Made by a program: the position numbers and the translations under genes. From Setoptus koraiensis (lineage: Eukaryota > Animalia > Arthropoda): a stretch of DNA of 64,000 nt. The stretch is taken from positions 20,150,001 to 20,214,000 of the forward strand of contig CM106586.1 in the NCBI GenBank assembly GCA_048013815.1, written 5' to 3'. The notes under the pieces are model-generated. The model searched no databases, was not told the DNA's origin, and saw only the letters and a list, made by a program, of their open reading frames with translations. Of this stretch, positions 11,628 to 24,226 are shown piece by piece. Every line of letters starts with the position of its first letter. The first letter of the stretch is position 1.

Positions 11628-13904
11628 GGCGCGTTGTTCACGTGTCGTCCACGATTACGCAATGATTACGCAATATTGTCACGTTGCCCGCTGCTGACTT
11701 GTGTGCTCGCTCATATAATTTTATTATTATTTTGTTTGTATTCTACATTTATCATATTACTCATATTGGCGCCGCTGCCCACCGTCCGGCGTCGCTGTTG
11801 TCGGCGCCACCCGCGCTCGCAGCGGGCCGGCCGGTTTCCCGCGTTGCACGTTGGCTCGCAAACGCACACTTAACTGGCGGGCTTAGCGCCCCAACTTGGG
11901 CCGCCTAAGTGAACGACAACGGCAACGCATTAAATATATATTGGCCATTGGGGCCGCGTGTCATAAGTGGCTCGCATAAGTTGCATAATGGACGCGTATG
12001 CGGTCACTTCCTTCGGGCGCTATTGTGAGCCATCAATCGGGTTGTATTATGCGCGCATTCATGCAGCATCCGCTTTATCCGTCTTATCTCGCCTTTGTGC
12101 TGCTCGGCGCCCATTTGCTCGCCCCATTCGCCCGGCTTTCCAATGGCGGCGCGAATTGGCCCGGTCGGCTTAAGTGAGTGTCCGAGCGAAGGAGGGGCCA
12201 GGTATTGACCCCTCGGATCCGATCGCCGATTGGCCCGCGATTCCGGTCCGCCGGCCGGACGGCGTGTTTGGCCGTCTGGCGGCGGCCCCACCAAACTGGC
12301 GCCAGCCCTGTGCCGTGCTGCTGGGCCGCATCGTTTTTGCGCCGCGCGCTTCTGGGGCCAGCCCGACGCGGCCAGCCAGCCCCAGACGCGGCCAGCGGCC
12401 CCAAAACAGGCGGCCACTGTAAACTGTAAAATGCTTGATCGGTTGTCTGCCCAACAATGCGCGCCACGATAACAATCTGGGCCCCTTCGGCCGACAGTCT
12501 CGCCGGTCGGTTGGCGGCGCTTTGTTTCGCTTTGTGGAGCCCGCGCAACGGGCCGGCGCCGGCTCGCTGTCGGCTGATAAACGCGCGCTGATTCCAAGAT
12601 AAACAACAATCATATCTCGCTGCTGGAATCAATTAAAGTCGAATAGAATTGACTTTGGGCCGGCTCGAGTGCGCTGCCTGCCGGCGCCTTTATTTTATCT
12701 GGCCTATATATAAATTAAACTTGGATTTGTTAACTGGATATAGCCGGCTATAAATGGATATTCGCGTTGCGCCGGCCAGCGCGCATATAGGCAGGCCCGT
12801 GTCTTGGCGTCGCTCGCTTGTCACTGGCTGGCCCCGTTACGCAACAGCCAGCGCTGGTCGCGTAATCGCCCACAAGGTGCTAACTGCAGCCTCACTGATG
12901 TATATTTATCGCCGTCATGTTGTTTAAAGTGCGTGCCAGTTCAAGGGCTCGGGCGAGCCGTTTTAGCTGCGCGATCTTGAATCTCCGGCGAGTTGAGGCG
13001 CCCCCAAAGCAGCAAACGAGCGCACTTAGGTTGTTGTTTGCGCGTGTTGGCAGGCCCAAATTATGTCTTATAATGTGCTTATTGAATTAATTGGCACGCT
13101 AGTTAGCAGAGCAAACAATTTGGCCGCTCGCCATTAATATCTCTGCCGGCCGGGCCGGCAGTTGGCGCTGGCAGTTTGCTAATTGCGACCACTTTTCTTT
13201 TGTGCCTGCTTTCCGTTTGCGGCTCGGCCCCGTTTCGCGGGCCCTGTGAGCCGGCCCAGTTTGGCTGCCGTTATTTTGGCGCGCCCGTCTTTGCGGCGGG
13301 CGCCCCGTCGACTGGCCGCCCGGCCGGCCCTCGCCTGATTGGCGATCGCCTCAAGGCTACTGACCCGGCCGCCGATTTTCGTCGATTGTGTGGCCGGCGG
13401 GGCCGGCGGGGCCGACGGGGCCGCGCAATCGAGTCGGCGCTTTGGGTCGCGCAGCCTGGAACGGGCCACCGGCCAACAGCCGTCGGGCGTCTCGCTGGCG
13501 CACCGTCTAGACAAACAACGGCCCGTTCATACCGCCCCTGGCCGCACCTAGGCCACCAGCGGTATGAGCGGGTAACGTACGCGCCCGACAAACGCGCGTT
13601 ACGCGCCCGACAAACGCGCGTTACGCACCCGACAAACGCACGTTACGAGCCCGATGAACGCACACGGCGGGCCGGGTAAGCGCACGCGGCGAGATAGGAC
13701 GGGGCGGGTAGGACAATTTGCAAACGGGCCCACCGGTCAGTTTGTAAACGAGGCCAAATAAATGGGCGCCGTAACAGCGCACGGGCGATTAACTGCAGTT
13801 GATGCAGTTAACTGCTATCAGATGGTGGTTGCGACAGTAATCCGCTGCGCGCCGTCGCAAGTGTCTATGCATCTTTGGATTAGCTGCCCGTTTGTTTGGC
13901 CGCG

Positions 13905-14065
13905 CCAACAACCGGCCAACGAGCGGCCAACAACAACCGGCCAGCGAGCGGCAACAACAACAACAACCGGCCAGCGAGCGGCCAACAACAACAACAACCG
14001 GCCAACAACCGGCCAGCGAGCGGCAACAACAACAACAACCGGCCAGCGAGCGGCCAACAACAACA
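13905..14065. repeat. Compound minisatellite (CAA)n-CCGGCCAGCGAGCGG, about 5 units
   Basis: A constant GC-rich core separated by variable-length CAA runs. Confidence 0.9.
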
Positions 14066-17000
14066 AATTGCCTCGCAAACAATAACAAGACGAGTGCGCG
14101 GAGGTCGCTAGGCGCCCGGCCCCGGCCAGCAAGATGAAGATAAAGAGTGGCGGATATCATTCAATTAGTGGCCCGTCGCAAACTAAATGCCGCACGCTGA
14201 ATCTTGTCAACGGGCCCGCCATTGCCGGGCCAATAAAAACCGCGCCACGATAAGCCGCGCCGCCTGTGCCGCTCTGATCATCGGTTTGGGCGCATTTGCG
14301 CGTGCTTGCGCGTGCTGGCCAGCGCCAGATTCGATTAGTTGGCGTGTCGTCTTTGTTTTTGTTGCGCGTGTTCCGCGGGGCGCGCCGCTTGTTTCTTGGG
14401 CGCCCGCTCGCTCAATTCCACACAAACAAACAGCCGGGAATTAGCATAGAATCGGCGCGCTCACTCGGCCATCAATTATTATTATCTTGAATCATTTGAC
14501 GCGCGCGACACTTGTTATGGCCGCTGCCACTCGGGCCGCTGCCACTCGCTGCGCCGACATCCGCGCCGAAGCCGCCCGAGCCAGCGCGCTCGCCGCCGCA
14601 GTTCGGGCCGCAGTTCGGGCCGCGGCGACTGGCGCTCGGAACGGGCGCCGAATCGATTTGCAAGTCGATTAGAAATCATACTTCCGTTTCAGCGGGCCCG
14701 CTCCGCTGTCGGGCCGCTGCTGGGCTGCTTGCGGCGCGCCAGCGTTGCCATTGGCGGCGGCCCGGCGACCCGGGCGCCCAAGATTAACTGTTCGTTTGTT
14801 GACAAAAACAAGCGCGCCAGACAAAATGGAAATTGAGAGTTGTTGTTGTTGTTGTTGTTGTTTTGCGCTTTGTGGCGCACATTTGTGCTGCTCGCATCCC
14901 GTGCAGCGCAACGAGAGTGCGTTGTGCGAACAGCGGATATAGACAATGCGGATGCGAGCGACGGGCCCGAGCGACGGGCGCCCGCGATGGATGCGAGCGA
15001 TGGATGCGAGCGATGGATGCGAGCAATGGATATGAGCGACGGATATAAGCGATGGATGGATAAAGTCGGGCCGTTGCTGTGGGCGCATTCTACGCGTGGC
15101 GCCCGGCGCGTGCAGTTGGCGCGCCGGAGTATTGAGCGTGCAGCGCGGATTATTGGGGCGCCCAGTCGAATCGTATCGGCGCATTCCGGCCCGACTGGGC
15201 CCGCCACTGGCCTGCAATGTCGAGCCAGCGGGCCCGCTGTGTCGGGCGGCGTCGAGCCAGCGGCACAAATGGCACCGACGGCACAATCGGCGGCCCGCTC
15301 AGGCGTCTCGCGCCGACCAGCGGCCACGGATACGGGCGCGCTGAGCGCGCCGGATAGACGGGTCGAGCGCATCGGCGAGCGGCGCGGCGCGTCGACGAAG
15401 GACGGACGCTAGCGAGGCGGGCGGCCCCGTCCCATCGGGCACGAAGGTGGATAAGATGGATTTGTTGGCGAACGAGAAAAGAATACTGGGCGAAGAATGC
15501 CCGGCGCGCGGCCAGTGGCAGTGGTAAGAGACGAATTATGAACGATCACATAATGAGAGTGATCGATATTTGATTAGTGGTTACACATAGTGTTTGTGCG
15601 CCCGATGCGCCCATTTGTACTCGTTCGCAGTGGGGCCAGTGGGGCTGCCGGCTCGCTTGCGTCGCGGGCCGGGCTCGTGTCGCGGGTCGCGCTCGTGTCG
15701 CGGGCCGCGCGCCCAATCGGATGCAGCGTGTGTGTGCGCGGCCTCGGCGCGACCAGCGGGGCGCACCGAGGCACGATGCGAGCGGCGATGCGGCTTGCGG
15801 ATAAATCCGCAAGCCAGCCAGCATCCAGCTGACGCGCGCGCTTTATCCGCCGGCCGTGGGTGCACGAGCAACGTGCAGCCAGCCAGCCAGCCAGAGAAGC
15901 CAGCGAAAGAATTTGTCATTCTTGCGCGCGCTCTACTTATTTATATCTTATCTCTGGGCGGCTCGCGCGCGCGCGCTTCTTCGCCTCTCCGCGTCGGGCG
16001 CCTCTCGTCGCGGGCGGTGGGGCCCCCGTTGCCAGCCGCCCAGTGGCTCGTGTCACTTTGTTGCGCGACACTTGTCTGTCTCTCTCGCTCTCTCTCTCTC
16101 TCTCTCTCGAGACTGGCGCGTCGCCACTCTTTAGAATAAAGCTCCTCGAACCCGAAGCGGGCGCCCAAAGAAGCGCCCGCTCTCTTGTGTGCGTCGCGCC
16201 AATTGTTGTGCCGATCAGCGCGCGAAACAACCAAGCTCGCCAAAGAACAAACTTAGCCAGCTAGAAGGGGATTTGAAATGAATCACAAATGGCAATTCTC
16301 ATTTGTTATGTGTCTCGGCGGCGGCGCTTCTAGCGCCGCTGTAAATGCAGTGGCGGCGCTTGTTATTATTGCCGTTGTCATCGGCCTCTTTTTTGCCGCT
16401 GTCTTATCCCCCGCCCGCCCGCCCGTTCTTATCCCCCGCCCGTTCTTATCACTCGCCCGTTCTTATCCGTGCTCGTGTACGCGCAACAACCGACCAAGGC
16501 GACGACCGACCGACGCCACGAAAATGCATCCCGACAAGCCGCGCCACACACACCCTCTCGTGGTTGGCAGTGGCCGACGCCGAGCGGGGGCAGCGACAAC
16601 AAGCAAATGCTATTATTATGTAACACACTAGAGATGGACAAGACACTTTTTGCACAATGCGTGCACACAATGCGCGCGCGCGTGCACACTACATATAAAT
16701 GTATGGCCTAGACGCTGTCTAGTAGACAGCGCCGCCTCTCACGAGTGCCGCTCTGGCGGCCAAATCCAGCACTACGACCGGCCCCGGCCACGCGACCGGC
16801 CCGGCAGCGGCAATTAAATCGGGGCCCACACGCACTGTCGCCACTGTCGGAGCACTGCGTGCGGACGGCCGGGCGTCTCGCAGCGCAGCTGGCGGACTGG
16901 CGAAATTCCTTCGTTGGAGGCCCGTTCGGAGGCCAGTGGCGAGACACAGTAATTAAGTTTTTGCCAGTGGGGGCGCCGTCGCGCTCAAGCTTGAGCCGGC

Positions 17001-17265
17001 CCGACTCAATCGGGCCGCAATCGGACTCGAATCAGACTTGATAGGCACCCGCGACGACAATATTCAATTGGCGTTTAATTTTTGTGTGTTTGTGCCTGTG
17101 TTTTTGTCGCCGCTTGTCGCCCGGCTTGGCGCCCACCCAAAATTGAATCTCTAATCTCTGTCGCTCGCTCTCTCATTTCCGTCATCATCGCGCACAAACA
17201 ACAGCAACTGACAGCTCAACACAACTGTCAACAGCGCGCTAATTTCCGCACAACGCCTCGACACG

Positions 17266-17341
17266 GTTACGTAACACTAACGTAACAGTAACGTTGCAGT
17301 TGCGTAACAGTAACGTGGCACTAACGTAACAGTTACGTAAC
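17266..17341. promoter_or_regulatory. Cluster of PAR-bZIP-type sites (GTTACGTAAC x2 plus degenerate copies)
   Basis: GTTACGTAAC at 17266 and 17332, with GTTGCGTAAC and CTAACGTAAC between. These match the known RTTAYGTAAY consensus; function is inferred. Confidence 0.45.
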
Positions 17342-19689
17342 AACGTGTGTCTGCTACGTGGCGGTGATAGCAGCACCGTGATGATGATCGCCCGATGAAT
17401 CGGCGTTGAATTGTTATCGTCACGCCGCTACAACAATCGGCCATCGGGAGGCCATTTCGCCGCCAAATCTGGCGACGATCTCGCGACGGGCGCACCACGA
17501 ACGAGCAGATTTGGCACAGTCTGCGCCACACAGTGGGCCCGTCGATCTGATGGGCCAGTAGCGGCAATTAAACGGATAATTATGCAGTGCCCCCCAGTCG
17601 ACAATATTCGGCATGATAGTAACCAGTCGGCGCAGTGGTCGTGGCCGGCACAGTGCACGACAACGGCGCAGTGCAAAGTGGGGGCGCAGTGCAAAGTGGG
17701 GGCGCGCTGCGAAATGGTGCCGGACCGGGTAAAATTTTAATTTATTTGGCAGGCAGTTGCAAACATGGGACTCCCATGATGGGAGAGCAGCCTGTTTTTG
17801 GCCAGTCGCTCACTTGCAACGGTTAGCACGGTTACTGTGCGCGGCGGCGCGGACAGCGCCAAAAGTAATCAAATTTTGGGCGCCGCCGCCGCGTTCCGTC
17901 TGAAACGTCCGGTCCGGGCCGGCCGCTTGCCGGACCTGTGCGCCTGGCGCCGCCATTTCGGTCGGTTGTGGCTGGCCAGCCCGTTTCAGTGCCGATTACC
18001 CGATTATGTAATGTGGTCGCCGGCGGACGGACGGACGGACGGGAATAATCAATTTTGGGTCGCGCGCGCAGCGCGTGTTGTTGTTTGTTTCATCACCTAT
18101 CGAGTTATTGTTATTTTCAAATTGGCGGCACACTTTCGTTCGCGTGCCCCCCCCTCCCCGTGGTTGCCCGTGGTGCACGTGCAACTGCGACGGCCCACTC
18201 GAACGTCCGACTGGTCGCACGAGCCAGCGAACGTTCGCAGGCGAGCCAGCGGCCAACGACCGAATCAACCAATCAACCAACGAGCGAACGTGCAAAATTA
18301 ATGGCGCCGCTCGATTGGCAATTGGGGCGCCGCTATATTGCGCAGCAATTTGACTGCAGCAGCGCACACAAACTCAAATAGGCAATTGGCAGCAAAAAAT
18401 GTCTTGTTTGTGGCCAACATCATCGACGACACTCGCTAATGGGGCCCCATGATTGATGGTCAGCAATCTCGGCTGGCGTGCTCTTATTTATTGTCTATTG
18501 CTCTATTTATTTAGTTCAGTTTGGTTAGCAGTGCTGTCTGGCGAAATTGGGCTGACCTCGTTCATTTATTCATTTCAATTCTAATGTGCCGGCCCGAGCA
18601 GCGCCCCTACTGAGCGGCGCTCGATCTATGCTCAAATTGAGAGATAGTTCGCATCGTTGTTTGTGTTGTTTCGTCGGCAGTGGTCAGCGGTCAGCGGTCA
18701 GTGGTCAGTGGTCAGTAGTCAGTGGGCAATATACAAATTGATCATCAGCACGCAAATTAATACAACAACAACGCCAGTCACGTTACGTTGCCCCGGGTTG
18801 GCGTGCGATATCGCCTTATTTCAACTGTAAAGCTATCTGGCCATATACGCATTACTAACACCGCTACAATCACTTATTACATAACTCATGACGTTACCAT
18901 CACCTATTATGTAACTCATAACTTATCACTTATAACTGTCTTATCAGCTGTAATTGCTGTGTTGCATCATCGATCATGACGTGACAGCAGGCGGTCAGTC
19001 TACAGTCATCGGTCAGTCAGTGCGCAATGACTAGCGTTTGCTTGCCCTGCAAAGTGCTTGTGTCGTTGCATCAATATTAACTAATTGAGAATCCGAATCA
19101 ATTACGATGACATGACATACAAACAATGATAATAATCGATGAAGAGGCCAACGCAGGCAAATTGTTTGCAATTTTGCCAATATTATTTGCAACTCATTTC
19201 AAGTGACGCTGATGAAAAATGCATCAGGAATATATATATTCACATTGAAATACCGGCTCGTGCCGCACAATGCAACCGGTGATTGGCCATTTCCGGTTTG
19301 GCGCCTCAGCCTGTGCCAGCGTTTGTCAGCACAGTTAGCCATGGCATGATGGCACAGCACAAACAATGTGCTCACAAACAATTGTCCAAATGACGATTGT
19401 CAGTATAAATGTGTATAGCACTAGACATAACAGTTGTCAATTTTGTCCGCTAGAGCGTTTAGTGTGTGTGTGTGTGTGTGTGCTGCCAGAATTGGTACAG
19501 TCTGGCAATGTTGAGCTAACATTGTCAGAGTGAAATACCTCAAAATACCGCTCAAAATTGTAGAATCGCCGGTGAGATACATTGTGTTTACAAAGTATAG
19601 ATATACTTTGTTGTTGTGTGGCCGGCGATGGCACAACAACAAAAGCGAGCTCGTTACGTCACGCAATCACGCTCTTGATAGTAATAATT

Positions 19690-19732
<43 letters not shown>

Positions 19733-19766
19733 CGTTGGTGTTGTTGTTGTTGGTGTTGCTGTTGTT
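19690..19766. repeat. (TTG)n microsatellite
   Basis: Directly visible. Confidence 0.95.
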
Positions 19767-20128
19767 TTGGGCCGGCACAGTGGTGGAAACGCACGTATGA
19801 CAACAATGAATATCTGGCGATGGCCGGCGGCCAGCATAAAAATAATGCATTGTCAACGACAGGGCGCTGGGTATTTAGTTTCTGTCTCAAGTTACCCGCG
19901 CGCTGCGTTGTGCGGTCACGGCGGCCGGCGAGCTAGCACCGGCCATCGCGCACTGAACAGCCGGACCGGCGGTGGGCCCGTCGGCGCCCGCCCGGTCGCT
20001 TATTGCGGCCTGGCCAATGGCCGTTGGGCATCTTGCGGCACGGACCTGGGTCGGCGCGGTGTGTTTGTTTTGGCCTTGGCATGCCAGCGCCGGCAAGGTG
20101 AGCCGTTGTCACCTGAGTTGAGCCGGTC

Positions 20129-20130
<2 letters not shown>

Positions 20131-20168
<38 letters not shown>

Positions 20169-20198
20169 GTGTGTGTGCGTGTGTGTGTGTGTGTGTGT
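20131..20198. repeat. (TG)n microsatellite
   Basis: Directly visible, with two CG interruptions. Confidence 0.95.
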
Positions 20199-21785
20199 GC
20201 TGTTGTGAGTGGCGACAAGTGCCTGGCGCTTGTCGATGGCCCCACGGCCATTGTGCCGTCGGGCCGCCACCGGCAGTTGGTCGAACGCTGGCACAATGGC
20301 CGGAATGGCCGGCAGGGGCGCCCCAATAAACAATGGCCCGTGGACAAACACGCGCGACACGAGCGCATAAACAAAGGGTGATATATTGATGATAGTTTGT
20401 TTGGGTCCTTTGTTTAGGTAGCGGGCCGGCTCGTGGAGCCGCCGTGTTGCCACTTTGATGCCGCGCTGTGTGTCGCGTTGGCCGGCGCGATTCGCTTGCC
20501 AGCGAACGGGCCGCCAACGAGCACAGGTAACGGCGAGCGCGGGTAACGGCGAGCGCGGGTGACGCCGGGCACGGGTGACGCCGGGCACGGGTGACGCCAG
20601 CCAAAGGTGACGTCAGGCAAAGGTAACGGGATCTGGCGGCGGGCGGCTGGCGGCTGGCATTGTCTGACGAGACAATAATAATAAATGCGTGTCTTGGCCG
20701 GCGCGCTACATAATGCACTACTTATAAATATTGTTGTGTTGTGCCGCCGCTGCCTAATGGTGCCTCAGCTGGCTGGCTGGGCGGCCTTGGCTAGGCGACT
20801 CTGGCTAGGCGACTCTGACTAGGCGACTCTGGCTAGGCCGCCGCTAATGCCCCATTTGGGGCGCCGGTGGCTGCTCGGCGCGCACGTTATTCGTTATAAA
20901 TTATCAAAAGCCCACGGGCTGGCCAGCTGGCAAAGATGGCGCTGGCTGGCTCGTCTAGTTAGCTAACAGTACTTAACCTGTATTATAACGGCGCGCTGCA
21001 TTATAACGGTGGCGCTGTTGTGACGGTGGCGCTGTTGTAACGGTCGCCGTGTTGTAGCGGTTGGCCGTGTTACAACGACCGCATTATAACGGTATATTGG
21101 TGCCGCATAACAGCGCGCACACACACACACGCGCCAGAAGACTAGGCGGCTCGTGTAAAACATAGGGCGCCTAGCGACATTTGCGAGTCGCGGCAAGAGT
21201 CGCACACTGTGCGCGCGCGGCTAATGCAAAACGCGTGGAGCTGCTCGCGGAACGGCACATCACTCAGCGCGGCGCGGCTTGGCGCTTCCGTCGCTCCAAC
21301 CTCCGTCGCCCCAACCTCCGTGCGCCCCAACCTTCATGCGATGCAACCTTCATGCGATGCAACCGTCGCCGAGTGCGGCGCCGTGTCGCCGTGTCGCTAT
21401 GTGACCATGTCGCTATGTGCCGCCGCGTCGCTGCGAGGCCTCCGTTCGCTCCCGTCCGATTTATCTCGGCTGGGCCTCACAGTGGCTGGCGCTTCGGAGC
21501 GAGCGGGCCGCCAGTCGCTAGTCGCTAGTCGCCAGTCGCTAGTCGCCGCCGGTCACCGCCAGTCGCCGCTAGAATTATAACCCGGAATTCATGCACACTG
21601 TCAGATAAGGCGCCGCACAGATACCTGGCCGACTGGCTGGCGTTAATACTGGCTGGCGGTTTTATCTGTCTGCTGGCGTAGACAGTAGACGGCGCACAGG
21701 ACGTGTCGGCGCGTCGCCTATTCCGGCGGAGCGGGCCTATGTGCCAGTCGCCTAATGTGCCGCCATGGCCACGCCAGCAGCGCCA

Positions 21786-21870
21786 ACAACGACAACCACA
21801 ACCACACCAACAACAACAACAGCAACAACAACAACAACAACAACAACAGCAACAACAACAACAACAACAA
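21786..21870. repeat. (CAA)n microsatellite
   Basis: Directly visible. Confidence 0.95.
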
Positions 21871-22076
21871 GAGTGAAATTTAATTAATGTTCACTTACCT
21901 TAGCCAGCGAGCTTGGCGAGCCAGCGCGACCAGCGCCGATAGGCGCCGCCGCTTACTTGTTAGCTGGCTGGTCGCGAACGCAGCTAGGCGCGTTCGCGAG
22001 TACCCTCGCTGGTGGCTGCATGCGCTTGTGCGTTTGTCGTTTTTGTCGCGCCGCTGTTGCCCGCGTCACAACACGC

Positions 22077-22158
22077 GTTACATAACGTCACACACCGTTA
22101 CATAACGTTACATAGCGTTACATAACGTTACATTACGTTATGTAACGCGTTATATAAC
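22077..22158. promoter_or_regulatory. Tandem array of D-box-like 10-mers (GTTACATAAC)
   Basis: Consensus matches at 22077, 22097, 22117 and 22137, and near-matches at 22107, 22127 and 22149. Confidence 0.5.
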
Positions 22159-24170
22159 ACGTTACGTACGACACGAGCAGCGCGCGCCATTTGTTGCCGA
22201 CATTAGGCCGACACTAGGCCGACACTGGGCCGACACTGGGCCGACACGCTAATAACGAGCCAGTGCAATATGCGGCCGCTTGCCAGCGCGGCCGGTCGCT
22301 AGGTGCCGCCGCAAGCGGCGACAGCCGCGCTGCGTCCGACCGTTCGGGCCGGGGCCGGCGCCGCCGCCGCGCACATCTGCCGGGCAGACACGGGACACGG
22401 GGGGCGCACATGCGACGGCGACAAAACGACGACGCAAATGACGACAGAAACAACGCCAATAATAATGCATGGCGCAACACCGGCGATATATATTAATTCC
22501 GTCCATCTGTACGTCTTTCCATCTAATATTGCGCAAGAGGATATACACAAATACATATATATATTGCGCAAGTGGATGTATATGTATTGCGCAATAGGAT
22601 ATATATATATATATTGCGGGGCCTGTCAGGCGCCACTTGTTATGTGATAGTTCGTGCAAATTACGTCATAATGGCAATACTAATAATAATGTCAATGGTC
22701 GCTGGTCGGTCGTGCGTTGCCGCGGCGCCGCCGTTACGCGCGCCAAATTGCGCCAAGTTGTTTGCTGTCTGTCGTCGTCGTCGTCGGCGGCGGCGGCGGG
22801 CGCCCCAAAGTGGCAAGATGAAGTGAAGTGTTACAGTTATTGGGGCCAGGCCGCCGGCTTGCCAAGCCGCAGTTACAAATGGCAGCCGAGCGACAACTAT
22901 GAGCAAACGGTTTGTTTAGTGGCAGCAGTCTGTCATTTTTGGGGCCGCCAGGCTCGGTCGGCCGGATCGGCCTGTCAGCGGCTAAAAGGGGCAGAGGCGC
23001 GCGTGCTGCCAGCCAGCCGGATCGTATATCTAATTTCTGTGATAGTTTGTTTGTGCTCTTTTTGGGGGCCCCGCGCCCGGCTCGGCTTCTTGAAGCTAGT
23101 TGTGCCGATCGACACACACACACAGAGACAATTTTGTTTTTGTGTGTCACACACATAAAGACATAACGGCGCAAACAAATCTTTCACATGGCTGTACGTG
23201 ATTATATGATGTCGGGCCCGCTCGTATCACGGCTCCCCTCTCTCTCTCTCTCTCGATCTCGGCGTCTTGGGCGCCTTGTCGCGAGCGCTGCCGGCCAGAC
23301 ACTCGACAGAGAGCGAGAGAGCGAGAGAGCAACTAATTGTTAGTTAGTAGGCTGCTCCTATTATCTAATTAACATCATGGCTGTCCATGTCCATCATCGT
23401 CATCGTCGTCGCCGGCATGCTCGTCCGTGTGAGAGCACCCAAACATAGCGCCGGGTCCCGTGCAGTGGGCTCGGCCCGACCGGCGCCGCAGCAACCAACA
23501 AACCAATAACCAGTCCGATGGGCGTACGTGACGCGCGCACCTACTGCCGATCGGCGCCACCCGCCACCGAACCCATGAGCCACCCGCCACCGAACCCATG
23601 AGCCGGCCGCCCAACCGATGAGCCGGCCGCCCAATCGATGAGCCGGCCGCCCAACAGGGACCGTGCGCGAGCCACCGGGGGCGCACCGTTATGTCGCGCC
23701 GATACTTGTCGCTAGGTGGTCGCTAGGTCCCGTCGAAGGACGTGCCAGTTGCCGGCAAGCGGTCCCCCGGGTGCCGGCCGAGGGCCCCATTCCGGCCGGC
23801 CCAGAGGGGGCCTAAGAATGCGCGGCCAGAGATTTGCTGCATTTGCTCGTTGGCTGGTCGTTGGCACACAGCCCTGGCTGGCTGGCTGGCTGACTGGCTG
23901 GCTGACTGGCTGGCGCACTCTTAGCTGGTTATTACGGTTAATGGCCCGCCGCTTGGCCGCTCGGCCGGCCGCCCGGCTCGCCGAGATGATGGGCTGGCTC
24001 AATGACGCAAATCATAATGTCAAAATTGATTTAACTTGCTGGCATCAGTGTCAAGAGCGGGCCGACGATCGTTGCGCGCAACGTGATTGTCGTAATGATA
24101 GCGCCAAATTTATTTGCCCGGCCCGCTCGTGCGTGGTAGCCGCACTTGGGCGGCCCGGCCCGTGGGCACG

Positions 24171-24226
24171 ACCGCCGAACCCGAGCACCGCCGAACCCGA
24201 GCACCGCCGAACCCGAGCACCGCCGA
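24171..24226. repeat. 16-bp tandem repeat (ACCGCCGAACCCGAGC) x3.5
   Basis: Directly visible. Confidence 0.9.

Noticed and set aside
14840-15412. Neuropeptide-precursor-like ORF (Leu run, KR/RR sites)
   Set aside because: It starts at TTG within a microsatellite directly after an in-frame stop, and the internal repeats are micro-duplications.
19530-20381. 283-aa ORF
   Set aside because: Held open by (TTG)n and (TG)n microsatellites.
21330-21365. AMQPS resembling the IMP2 catalytic SMQPS
   Set aside because: Lacks the catalytic Ser and the following LNP; it is part of a local tandem duplication without splice sites.
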